From contig NC_042999.1 of assembly GCF_006345805.1 (NCBI RefSeq), forward strand, positions 70,556,001 to 70,620,000: 64,000 nucleotides of DNA, read 5' to 3'. The notes beneath the pieces were generated by a model. The model saw nothing but the letters and a program-made list of their open reading frames with translations. It ran no database searches and was not told where the DNA came from. The position numbers and the translations under genes are program-made. Positions 47,897 through 60,538 of this stretch are shown in pieces (position 1 is the first letter of the stretch; the number at the start of each line of letters is the position of its first letter). The stretch is from Octopus sinensis (lineage: Eukaryota).

Positions 47897-49799
47897 GTAA
47901 GTATTTAAAACTTATTTTTGGTGCTCTTGTTTTAATTGATAATGTCTTGTGTTAGTAAAATTGTTGTTTTTGTTGATGATGTGTAACCTTTACATCAGCC
48001 TTCTTCATTGCTACTGCTATTGTTTAGGTATAGTGATCCCAGTTGGTCTTGCTTGAGCTGAGCTATAATTATTGTTGCTGGGGATTAGTGACTCTAGTCA
48101 GTCATGTTTGAATAGATCTATAGTTTAAGGGTAGCCAACTGAACAATGAGGGGGCATCTTGCAAGTTTGTACTTTGAATATGCTGAAACTGTTTCTTTTG
48201 AGGTCAGGGGTTTGAAAAGTCCAGAAGAAAGATACCTTTAAATTATGATTATATGATTGCATTAAAAAAAATATATAAACAACATAACCCGAAGCTATCT
48301 TCTCAGTAAGATAAAGTATGATTATATACAGATAATTGAATGTTATGTATTGTGTGATAAAATCTATAATTAATCTGAGTCACTTTCTGTCAGAGCTACC
48401 CCATATTCTGTATACAACAGAATTTCTTTATAAAGTATATATGCCTAAACGAGACAGCATGTGTCTTTTTAAGTTAACTAGTTCTTGTAAGAGTTCAAGC
48501 AGACTTAAGATTATGAGTCTGTTTCCTGATTTTGTGCACTCATTAAGTTGGGGTTTAAACTCCTAAAATATTCACAGTTTACATACTGTACTTATATACA
48601 ATCAATCAGATATTATATGTGCTGTATTGTGTAATATATACTTAGTCTTTGTCATTTTCGTTCAAGCAGTGTTACATTCTGTTTATAATGTGTACACTTA
48701 AATGAGAGTGCAATGTAACATAGGTTTACTGGATGTTGTACAGGTCTAAATGATCTTGAATTTGCATTAGTCTTCCTAATCCAACAATCTCATTAATTTG
48801 GGTTTCAACCCAGAATAATCTTAGCAACAAAACCAGATTACTTCATATACTGTGTGGTATAATTTATGATTAATATAGACTAGTTTGCGAGTAGCGACTT
48901 GATTGTTAAGGTACCACTAGAGAATCTGTGGCCAGGTAGGATATTTGGTGGTCAAGCAGTCTAGCTAACACCATTTCTTATCAAGTATACCTCAGAGAAG
49001 ATTTGGTCTCAGCACAACCAAATAAATACTTGTCAGGTGTAATGCTGAAGCATATATTATACTAATAGAAAGTTTGCAACTCTGTATTCCATTTTATCCA
49101 TATTTTTATCAAAAAAATTTTGTCAGTCATTGTAAGTCTGACTGTCATCAATGGACATGATGTAAGTGTTGCAGAGATTTTATAGAGATTTAATGGAAGA
49201 GGTTTCTTTAAAACAAATGTAGTACTGTTGAGTCTCATTACCTATTAGATCATCAGATGTCTTTGAGGATTTCATTGTATGATATGTTTCTAATAGTCAA
49301 AATGAGGCTGGTGATGCAGGTTCTCCCAGTTATTGACACTTATGTGTATAATCATCATCATCATCATCGTTTAGTGTCTGCTTTCCATGCTAGCATGGGT
49401 TGGGCGGTTCAACTGGGGTCTGGGAAGCCAGAAGGCTGCACCAGGCCCAGTCTGATCTGGCAATGTTTCTACGGCTGGATGCCCTTCCTAACGCCAACCA
49501 GTCCGTGAGTGTAGTGGGTGCTTTTTACGTGCCACCAGCACAGGTGCCAGACGAGGCTGGCAAACGGCCATGATCGGATGGTGCTTTTTATGTGCCACCG
49601 GCACGGGGGGCAGGCGAGGCTGGCAACGGCCACGAACGGATGGTGCTTTTTACGTGCCACTGGCACGAGGCCAGTCGGGGCGGTGCTGGCAATGGCCACG
49701 TTCGGATGGTTCTCTTACGTGCCACCGGCACTGGTATCACAGCTGCAATTTCCATTGATGTTGAAAATGTTCAATTTAATAATGTTCAATTAAATTTCT

Positions 49800-50560
49800 G
49801 TAGGAAAAACATGGTAGTGAGGGAGCTGCAGCTCTGAGGAGGAAGGATTATCAGAACAGATCTAGTGGCAAGATACAATGTAATGATGAAAGAAGGGTAT
49901 GCCAGTTGGTCTTAACTAGAGGGATGCAATCATTGAAATAATAGAAGAAACAGTGTGAGCCACTATTGGAATATTGGTTAATGATATAAACAGATTGGAT
50001 ACTAACTGGTACAGTCAGTTCAGTGTAGCATAGAATACAGCCTGAGTGGTATGGTAGGATGTGAGGGCCAAGAAGAATGTGCTATGAATATAAAAAACAA
50101 GTGTTGATGATTGGAATAGTTTGGGGAGCAGTAAAAACATCTAACATAAATTTAGAGGAAAATATGGTAGAATGAGACATTAAGTGCTCAAGTAATTAGA
50201 GGTCTTTGTTTCTAATATCCAGGTAAAAGAGTTTGAATGGTAGAGAAAGTAGATTCTCTGAGTGCAGACACCACCTTTTATATAGTGAGTGTTGCCTGAA
50301 CACTAGAGATGTAATAGATATGGGATTAGAATTTGTGTCAGTGAGAAATACAGTTTGTTGTTTGGAAGAAGTGGCATGTAGAAGTAGATTGAGGTTGGAC
50401 ACAGAAATGAGAATTGGTCTATGGTTTGATTATATCCTTTGTTTTTGGAGGCTTTGCCTAATTTTGGGGTTAGTTGAAAGAGGAGAGGTGGAAACTAGGG
50501 CTCAGGAATTGTCTTTATCCAATCCATCTACCTCTCTAAGAACAATTTAAAGTCAGTTGT
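49800..50560 (-). mobile_element. Very decayed L2/Jockey-group LINE endonuclease region
   Basis: SNLNLLLHATSSKQQTVFLTDT resembles the N-terminus of APE-type LINE endonucleases; strand-biased composition. Confidence 0.35.
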
Positions 50561-52859
50561 TGTAGAAGGCCCTCTAGAAATACTGTGGTTGCTGGGGTAC
50601 TTAAGGAGATAATACAAGATTATTCACCTAAGAAAGAGCAGCTTCCAAAGACATTACCTACCTGCTCTGACACCATTACACTCTAACATACAGTGACATT
50701 ACACAAGGTAAGGTGCAGCTGAAAAGGTATGTTGAAAGACTGAGGTAGTGACTCAAATGCTTGTAGCAAAGTAAACTTTACTTGCAGTGCTTGAAGGCCA
50801 TTTGCTGTTGTTTTTCCTAGTCTCCCCTCTTTGAATAATATGAGGACTTGGGTGATTTATTGCAGTATGAATACAAGGAAGGCTATCTTATAGGACTGAA
50901 TCCCATTTTCCTGTGCTTATCATTTTCATTTTGAAGTGATCAAAGCTGCTTTGTTGTGGCTGTAGAAGCCACATCTCTCCTATGGTTCTGCTCAGCTGAT
51001 TGTAGGTTTGAGAGTTAAATCTACCAGCCTAAAGACAGGATAGAATAGAATGAAGGAAGAGAAGAGGAAGTAGGGAGATAAATCCATAAATTGAAAGTAG
51101 GTGCAGAGGATGAAGGTAGCATGAAGAGGTGACAATATTAGAAATTGGGATCAGAATGCTGTTGCTGTCTTCATCATCATTTAAATGTCCATCTTCCATG
51201 CTGGTATGGGTTGGACAGTTTGACAGGAACTGGCCAGGCAGGAGTCTGCACCAGACTTCTGTGTCTGCTTTGGCAGGATTTTTACAGCTGGATGCCCTTC
51301 CTAACACCAACCACCCAGCAGAGTAGACTGAGTCCTTTTATGTGACACAAGCACATGCAAGGTCAGTTTTGGCAAGGTTTTTACAGCTGGATGCCCTTCC
51401 AAACACCAACCACTTTACAGTGTGGACTAGATGCTTTTTACATGGCATCAGCACTGGCAGGGTCACCAAGTAGCAGTACTGTATATAAAGGAGACATAGG
51501 ATTGAAACAGTATCAACTTGTTAGCTTTGATTCAATGAGCTAGCATCCTGTGACTCACTAACAGATTTACTTGATTTTAGTATAGTGCAGTATTTAAGTG
51601 TAGGGCTAATTATTAAAAGTTTGGATGAAATGAAGTCATATCATTATTTTACATTTGAATATACAATTAAATTCTATACATTTTTTATGAAAATAAAATA
51701 AATAAATTAGAAAAACAACTATTATTTATAATCTATCATATATATGTAGGTATGTTTGTTTGACTTACTATGATGTTTAATTTTTATTAATCTTATATGT
51801 ACACTAATTAATGCTTGAGTTGTCTCACTTTGGCTGCAAAGAGTCATTCATGTAAATCAAATTTTTATACTTTTCAAGAATGATATAACAGTCAGAATTT
51901 TTTATTGATGACTCCCATACTTTAAGGGTTAAAATTTAATATGTTGTAGAGCTCCAGGTCAGCTCAAATCAAAAATACTCCAGCCTTAACAATTCCATCT
52001 AATTGTATATCCAAAACTGCATTAGTCTCTGTTTTCATTAGGTTGGCTTTAGGAAGGGCATCCAGCTGTAGAAACCATGCCAAAGCTAACACTAGAGCTC
52101 TGCACAATCCTGCAGCTTCCTGGATTCTGTGAAATTGTCTAACCCATGCCAGCATAGAAAACGGATGTTAAGTGATGATGATGATGAATGTCTGTCATTC
52201 AGTAGTGTATGATGTAAGGAAGATTGGCCTCTGTTTCTACCTGCTTAAGTGCCCCCATAATGACTTCTTTCAACATACATAATAGTTGCAATGTTTTGGC
52301 TATTGAGCAAACATAATCAAAGATGCCTTGTTTTATATGTCTGTAACTACATTGCCCAATGTCTCCTTCCATTTTGTAAAATTGGAATGTGATTTAAGAA
52401 AGATTTAGCTGCTATTTCTAACAGGTCAAACAACCGTTATTGACTCAAAACTTAATGTTTTATCTATAAATATTCAAAACCATTATATTATATATGCATA
52501 TTAGTTGAAACATTGTATATCATTGATTGAAACCAATCAGTTCTGATCAACATGCCATATGAAACTGATCAAGTAATTATGTAAATTGACATTAGCTCAG
52601 TTATGAATTTTGTTGTTTAACACAAGTGAGCTCTAGTCAGATAGTGCTATGATCAAAGGCATTTTCAATTCTGATCTTCCAATCTTTACTTGAAGCATAA
52701 CATATCCAAAGCTAAATTATTTGATGTATCCTGCTTTTCCTTTCTTAGGCAATAGATTTAAGAGAGATTTGATTGCTACTTCTTTACTAAACTCCCTCAT
52801 TGGCTTAAAATAAGATATGTATGTTGTAGCTGAAACCTAGTATAATTTATATATGTATC

Positions 52860-53090
52860 TTAACCCTTTAGCATTCAGATTACTCTGTCAAATATAAATC
52901 TTTTTTATTCACATTGTTTTGAATTAATCATGCATTTATCTTGTGGCTTTGAGATTTCAGTGATGTAATTGTTTATTTTTAGAACGACACTATGGAATAG
53001 GTATGAGAGGCTGGATACTATGGCCAGTTTGAACATGAAATGTGTAGAATATTTTGGCTGGATAAGGCCAGTTTAATACTAAAGGGTTAA
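52860..53090. mobile_element. piggyBac-type MITE
   Basis: TTAA-CCCTTTAG ... CTAAAGGG-TTAA. Confidence 0.75.
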
Positions 53091-53857
53091 GTTAAAAGTG
53101 TTTGAAGTACATATACACAATTACCCATATTGTAGTTGTTGTTTAGGCCCAGATCAAGCAGATTTATGAACCAGAACCTAGTCAAGATTTAGTGTACCCA
53201 AAAACCTTACTATCCAACGTGTCCTTCTTTTGTAAGCCAGTAGGATGAGCTTTGAAAAACATTTGGTTGCTTTGCTCTTTCTAGCAAGTCAAGCAACTGT
53301 GTGGAAGTTCCTTTATTGGTCATTGAATAATAGGTATTATGTCATATGAAGTGTGGTTTCATGCTATATGTTGTGTGATATGTATTGAGTTATGTCATTT
53401 GTAGTGTGGTGCTATGTCACATGTGGTATCCTGTCATATGTTGTATTCTTATATGTAAGATATTATATCATATGCACTGTGATATTGTGTCATTATTGTG
53501 TTGTATAACATCTTATGTGTATAGTAATAATTATAACATTTATTACATTTATTTGTACCATTTGTTATAGAATAAGAATTTCTTACAAAGTCTCCTTCAT
53601 TTCTCAGTTATAACTTAATCACTTAATATTGCTAATTTCCTTGAGAAACACAATGAAAATTACAGTTTCATTTTCTATTATACATTTCTGACCTTATGTC
53701 CTATGTAAGAAAATATTACCAGTTGTGATTTATACAATGTGTTCCATAAGTCTGTAAGATTTTCAAATATAATTGTGTTTAAAATGCTGTCTTATTTGTG
53801 GGACACATTGTATTTCATTTTTTCTTTTTCTTTTCTTTCTCTTTTTGTTTCTTTCAG

Positions 53858-55487
53858 ATCCCCATATTGAAAAAGCAAAGATAGTTTCAGATGCCTACAT
53901 TGGAAAAGCTATGTTAACCCTGTTTCCAAAAAGTGATGCTCCAGACACTGATACTCCAGAAGAAAAAGTGAAAGAATCTTACCCATTAGAAAATGATTTT
54001 ATTGATGATGGTGAAGGAGAATTACAAGGCAATTTACCACCTCCTGATACAAAAGAATCTGATTCTTTGGGCGATGACAAGTTGAAAGAAAGTAAATCAC
54101 AAAAAACTGCTGAAGCAATAAAGGAAACAGCTGAAAAAAGTCAAAAGGCAGCAGAGGAGGCTAAGAAGGCTGAAGAGGCTAAGAAAGCTGAAGAAGCCAG
54201 AATAGCAGCAGAAGAGGCTAAGAAAGCTGAAGAGGCCAGATTAGCAGAAGAGGCTAAAAAAGCTGAAGAAGCCAAAATAGCAGCAGAAGAGGCTAAGAAA
54301 GCTGAAGAGGCCAGATTAGCAGAAGAGGCTAAAAAAGCTGAAGAGGCCAGAATAGCAGCAGAAGAGGCTAAAAAGGCTGAAGAGGCCAGAATAGCAGCAG
54401 AAGAGGCCAGAATAGCAGCTGAAGAGGCTCAACAAGCAGAAGAAGCCAGAAAAGCCGAGGAGGCTAGACTAGCTGAAGAGGCTCGACAAGCAGAAGAAGC
54501 CAGACTAGCTGAAGAGGCTCGACAAGCAGAAGAAGCCAGAAAAGCTGAAGAGGCTAGACAGGAAGAAGAAGCGAAGAGAGCTGAAGAGGCTAGACAGGAA
54601 GAAGAAGCTAAGAGAGCTGAAGAGGCTAGACTGCTAGAAGAGGCAAGAATAGCAGAAGAGGCTAGACTAGCAGAAGAGGCTAGACTAGCAGAAGAGGCTA
54701 GACTGGAAGAAGAAGCTAAGAGAGCTGAGGAAGCTAGACAGGAAGAAGAGGCTTGGAGAGCTGAGGAAGAGGCTAGACGGGAGGAAGAGGCTAGGAGAGC
54801 TGCTGAGGAAGAGGCTAGACGGGAGGAAGAGGCTAGGAGAGCTGCTGAGGAAGAGGCTAGACGGGAGGAAGAGGCTAGGAGAGTCGCTGAGGAAGAGGCT
54901 AGAAGAGCTGCTGAGGAAGCTAGACGGGAGGAAGAGGCCAGGAGAGCTGCTGAGGAAGCTAGACAGGAGGAAGAGGCTAGGAGAGCTGAGGAAGCTTGGA
55001 GACAGGAAGAAGAGGCTAGGCGGGAAGAAGAAGCTAGGAGAGCTGAAGAGGCTAGACAGGCAGAAGAGGCTAGGAGAGCTGAGGAAGCTAGACAAGCAGC
55101 TGAGGAGGCTAGGAGAGTTGCAGAGGAAGCCCGAGAAGCAGAAGAACTTAGAAAAGCAGAAGCTGAAAAAGCAGCTGAGGAGGCCCGTAGATCTGCTGAA
55201 GAAGCACAACGAGAAGCAGAAGAAGCAAGAAAAGCAGAGGAAGTGAGAATAGCTGCAGAAGAGGCCAGGAGAGATGCAGAGGAAGCAAGGGAGGCTGAAA
55301 GACAAAAAGAAGCTGAAAGACTAAAAGAGACTGAAGAAGCTAGTGAAAAAATAGAAGAATCAAATAATTCAGCTAAATCAAAAAAAAAGTCAAAAAAAAT
55401 GAATCTTATAAAAAAAGTGACATAACCAATGAAGATGATCGCAAAATTCAAAAAGAACTGGATGCAGCTGATGAATTATTGGAAAAA
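53858..55487 (+). CDS. ASPH: ASPH-like exon 3: acidic luminal segment, ~400 aa E/A/R/K repeat, start of pre-TPR region; one-base frame break near 55380-55399
   Basis: Long polypyrimidine tract and CAG|AT acceptor (phase 1, G|AT = D, compatible with exon 2). Open to TAA at 55425. The -1 frame reads [29 protein letters not shown] to an AAA|GTGAGT donor at 55487/55488, with 9 of 22 identities to recalled human ASPH LLNKFDKTIKAELDAAEKLRKR. Confidence 0.82.
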
Positions 55488-55504
55488 GTGAGTCCTTAAA
55501 TGAA

Positions 55505-55510
55505 AATAAA
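55505..55510 (+). terminator. Candidate intronic poly(A) signal AATAAA just after the exon 3 donor
   Basis: AATAAA starts 17 nt after the GT at 55488, following GTG AGT CCT TAA, with T-rich and GT-rich sequence downstream. AATAAA is common by chance in AT-rich DNA. Confidence 0.35.
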
Positions 55511-56059
55511 TTTATAATTGTAATTTTTACCATCTTTTTTTTTTCAATCCTTTTATTGATATGTGTGTGTGTGTTTTGTGTGTATGTGTATGTATATGCT
55601 CACTTAGTCTTGAATCTTCCAATTCAAAAAAAAATATGCATTACCTTATTTTATTGTATATAAGTATTTCTTTCATACCCAACTATAATTTTTAATATAT
55701 CTAAAGTGTTTCACTTCAGAAAACAGTGGTTGTAAGGTTATGGCGCTAAATAATACAGACCATATCAAATAAGGTTATGAGTTTAAACCTAACTATTACT
55801 ACACTTTATGTTTGGGCAAGATCTCACAATTCTGTTGCCTGGCAGACAATATACACCTAGGTTTGGTGGAACAAACAGGATAAATAGAACTTATTACATA
55901 AGTATATAAATATTGTTTATCATTTTCAATTATAAAGTTATAACCTAATTCAAGGGCTGGGAGTTTCATGCATAGCCCTTTTGCAATTTCCTTATGCAAA
56001 CACAAAATTCTTGGCCCTTGAGTCATTTTGTAACTTCTGCTGATTAGTAATAATAATAA

Positions 56060-56350
56060 TAATATTAAGTGATGAAAACTCACAGCTTATTTTGCTGGGT
56101 ATAATGGAATGTGTCAGCTGTCCACAGCCAGCAGATTAAGGTGACACTTGTTTACTAGTCATGCTTCAAGAACCCTAATTCTTGCAGTTCCAAGCAATGC
56201 TGATTTTTGTAAGTGTTCTACCTTCACACTTGCACCAATCTTTTTCAGCCATGCTGGTAGTTGAGTAGCTGATACTTCCAGGTACACCAATTACTATTGA
56301 TATCACGTCTACTCTCCTCATTGACCACAACCTTCATATTTTCCACTTCA
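56060..56350 (-). mobile_element. RLE-type LINE extreme 3' fragment
   Basis: AWLKKIGASVKVEHLQKSALLGTARI on the minus strand, the same terminal motif as 42640-43230. Confidence 0.7.
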
Positions 56351-57559
56351 AATTGTTATAGTTGTTTATTTTTTCTTCTTTCACATTGATCTTGTCACCA
56401 TGGCATACTGTGTCAATTATCATGCATACACATATGTGCATACATATATACACTCACACACATACACATACACATGCATTACTTTATTGCTAGCTGTTTT
56501 TCTCCCAATAACATACAACACAGACAAAATGTGGAGTGATGAATCCCATCCATGTTAACATAGAAAAACAAATAGATGGAAAAGTTTCTAAAAAGATGGA
56601 AGCAGTTACTATATACATATAAGCATTGATTGATTTTATGATTATGATGGACCCTAAGCAGCGAGCTGGCAGAATTGTTAGCACACCAGGCGAAATGCTT
56701 AGCAGTATTTCGTCTGCTGCTATGTTCTGAGTTCAAATTCCACTGAGGTTGACTTTGCCTTTCATCCTTTCAGGGTTGATAAATTAAGCACCAGTCAAGT
56801 ACTGGGGTCAATGTGATTGACTACTCCACTCCCCTCAAAATCCAGGCTTTGTGCCTATGATTATGATAGACCCTCCATCGATTTTGGCAATAAACATTTT
56901 GTTGTTCAATCAATTGTACTACCCACTTGTTTAATGTGGAACTGATTCAGTATTTCACAGACACATGTAGACTTAACATAATTCTCAGGTCAAATCAGTA
57001 TGACAAAATATGTGACAAGGTTAGGACTTCAAATTACTAGTATGATTCAGCCAATGGACTTTCACAGTTTATATCAATAACAGATTCATTTATAAGGCTT
57101 TGGTTAGTCCAGTGTTATAGTAATACACATGACCAAGATGAAACCTAATGTGACAAAACTTAAGAAATATACATATTTTCTGAGTTCAGTTCCACCAGTA
57201 GTACACACACACATATACACACACACCACTGTCATCATTTTTACACAAGCTTCTCTATGTTGACATGAGTGGAAAAATCTTCACAGTTCAAGTCAGTTAT
57301 TATATGGAGTTATTGTCCTCCTAGTTGGGTCTCACTTGTATGTCCTATCTTTTGGTCTGGTTTCTACTGTGAGTGCCCTTCCTATTGCAAACTACTTATT
57401 AACGCAATGTGCTAGGTGTATTTTGTCATGGCATCAAGTACAGATAAGTTGTCTTGCCCTTGGCAGAACTAGTGTGTGCTCTCTATCAAATATTGTGGAT
57501 AGTGAAAAGTTGTTTTTTATGATACTAAATCTATTATATTATTCTTCAACATGATTGTA

Positions 57560-58080
57560 GAAGAATAATATATTTTGTTAGAGAGGAGGAGGAGGTAGAG
57601 TAAGAGAGCAGATAGCCAGCTGATGCATTATGCTGTTACTCGTGCAGTTTGTAGAAGTGAAAGATGAAGAGAGAGAGAGAGTGAAGTGCTAAGGACATGA
57701 AATGGGGAATTACATGGTTTTAAAATTTGTTGAAGAGGTAGCAAGAAAGAGAGAAATATAGGTTGTTAGACTCACTCACCATTCTTCTGTTGACAGAATT
57801 CAGTGGGTTCTATCATAATACAGCACAAGAGGTGGAGTATCTTTTACACAATAAATGTAGAGAGTATTCCATAACATATGCCCTGTAGAGTAGACCAAGA
57901 AGAGTAGGAGCAATGAAAAAACACAGGCCAGAAAGGAGTCGCTGAGAAGTGGAGATGGGAATGTAAGTGTGGAGAGTATTCAATAGCCCAGGGCACATAC
58001 ATTTGCTCAGGTGACTGGATAAGGAGGGTTAAGGATGCCAAGTGAAGTAAGAGAAAAGCTGGACAAGGTACAAAATACCT
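57560..58080 (-). mobile_element. Very decayed L2/Jockey-group LINE RT C-terminal region
   Basis: Weak IRP.LEY.SH-like segment and the same strand bias as 49800-50560. Confidence 0.3.
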
Positions 58081-59072
58081 CAGTCTCTAAACACTACTCT
58101 TGTGTTATGGTATATTTTATGTATGTAGTTATATATATGGCATAGGTGTGGCTGTGTGGTAAGAAGCTTGCTTCCCAACCATATCGTTCTGTGTTCAGTC
58201 CCAATGCATGGCACCTTGGACAAGTGTCTTCTACTATAGCCTTGTGCCAATCAAAGCCCTTGAGTGGATTTGGTAAATCGAAACTGAAAGAAGCCCATCA
58301 TGTATGTATGTATGTATGTATGTAAATATTTTTGTGTTCGTCCTCCTGCCGTTATTTGACAACCAATGATGGTGTGTTTATGTCCCTGTAACTTAGCAGT
58401 TCAGCAAAAGAGATCAATAGAATAAGTACTAGACTTACAAAGAATAAGTCCTGGGGTCAATTTCTTTGACTAAAAATCCTTTAAGGTGGTGCTCCAGCAT
58501 GGCTGCAGTCAAATGACTGAAACAAGTAAAAGAATATATATATATATGGCAAATGAAAGTTGGAAGATGGATTATACAAGAATTTATTATTAATCACGAC
58601 AATTGTTTCGACATCTAGCATCGATTCCTCATTTTATTATCGATTATATATACAGATCAAATTTGTAGAAAAATAAAAAAACGAAGACAGGTATATGAAC
58701 AACAAGTAAGTGTACTAGTTTGACACTTGGGAAAAATGAAAAAAATCTTTTACATATATATATAGTTTTATTAAACTGTTGCTCCCCACCATCACCTCTT
58801 TATGTACTACCACTTATCACTCCCTCCCTGACCCACTCCTATTTTCTTTCATTTTCACTATTAACCACACTTCCACCTGTGTTCACCCCTTTTTGCCTTC
58901 ACCTCTGTCTCCATCTCTAATCATATGTCCCTCTTGTTTCACATTCTCCCAAATTTGCCCATCCATACAACCTGATCCACTGTCCCTTTATTCCTCATAT
59001 CCACCTTGTACCTTGAAGGTACAACCTGACACCTCATAACCCCCATCATTTCTCCCTTTTCAGCAAGACACC

Positions 59073-59114
59073 AAATATGAGAGACAGGAACTGGTGTTCC
59101 TGTCTCTCATATTT
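59073..59114. repeat. Perfect 19 bp hairpin with TGGT loop
   Basis: AAATATGAGAGACAGGAAC-TGGT-GTTCCTGTCTCTCATATTT. Confidence 0.9.
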
Positions 59115-60538
59115 TAGCCTCTCAGCACATGGCACAGAGCCATCAGTTCTGCTCCCCTCCCCCCACTTAGTCTTGCAAGTTTCTTGGTGACCTCACTAAT
59201 ATGCCAATGTCATGAAAAAGGTACTCAGTACACTCTGTAAATTGCTTGGCATTAGGATAGGCATACAGCCATAGAAACCATAGAATGTCAAAGCAGACAT
59301 TGTAGTCTGATGCAGTCTCTCTGGCTCATCAGATGTTGTCACACCATCTAACTTATACCAGCATAGAAGATGTGCTTTAAATGATGATGTTGATATATAT
59401 ACATCATCAGATGTTAACTGATGATGATAATGTACTGTATATGACACATGCACACATATATGAAGTTTATATCAAAAGTAATGCAAAGGTAGATATAACT
59501 TTTCTATTAATCAACATAGGTAATTCAAATTGTACATGTAGGTTGAGTAACTCTTCCCCTATACAAAATTACTACTCAATATTGAATCTATCACAAGCGA
59601 TGCATTTGAGTCATTGCAAAATCCAACTCTCAAATCCTCTTTAAAAACATTCAGATGTACATTGTTGTACTCATGTCTTTGTAGCCATTTTCACCTTATC
59701 TGCCTCATCAAACCATTGTTTTCAATGATTGTCCTTCATTGGACTGTAAAAGTAGAAGTCAGAGAGAACTAGATCTGAGTTATGCAGTGGATAGAGGAAC
59801 CACTGACCATTTCAGTTTGCTGATTTCTTGATTTTTTGCTAAAGATGTGTGTAGTTAGGCATTATGATGGTGAACATGGGTTGTTTTCAGATTCTTACTG
59901 GCCTTTTCTTCCTAAAGGCCTCTCTTAGCTTAGTTGAGTATAACAAACCATTCCAAATCCTTGTTATAGTATCCATATGGATGGAGTTAGGACTGGGTAG
60001 CTTGTACTAGCATAGAATTTTATAATATATAATAATGACGTCAAACTAAATTTTGATATTTTGAATGCATTTAATACATATATTTCTGATAGTTGCACAA
60101 TAAATGAAAAGACAATTTTACATTTTACACAAAATCTTCCTCTGTGAAAACAACATACATATGTATGTATATATGCATATATGTATATACGTATGTATGC
60201 ATAGGCAGACTGGCCAACTTACCCAATGGCAAGTAGGCCCCTGTGCCATTAGAATTCATATGTGGGGGTCCATGTTTGTATCTAAGGAGCCCATCCCCCT
60301 AAGTTAGAGAATTTATATTCACTCCTGGAAGAATGCATTAATTATTTCAGCTTGGCTGTGTTTGTAGACAGTTGAAAAGAATACTTTTAGCAAAAACAAA
60401 ATAATAAATGATAGCATTGTAGTTGCGAGTGGGCCCCCTTAGTCTCCTGACAACCAATATTTTTAGACCCAGTCCACTACTGTATGTATGTATGTATGTA
60501 TGTATGTATGTATGTATGTATGTGTATATATATATATA

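Noticed and set aside
53773-53857. N-terminal MCLKCC...FLFLFFLFL part of the 550 aa ORF, which looks like a TM segment or signal peptide
   Set aside because: It is the intronic polypyrimidine tract read in frame; the TTG start is incidental.
54429-55451. 340 aa and 206 aa antisense ORFs (ASSA/LLS-rich)
   Set aside because: Shadow of the GAA/GAG/GCT/AGA codon repeat on the + strand, which lacks stop complements; no splice signals or protein features.
58595-58635. Third hammerhead-like remnant (minus strand ..GATG..CGAAAC)
   Set aside because: Core and stems are too degraded to support.
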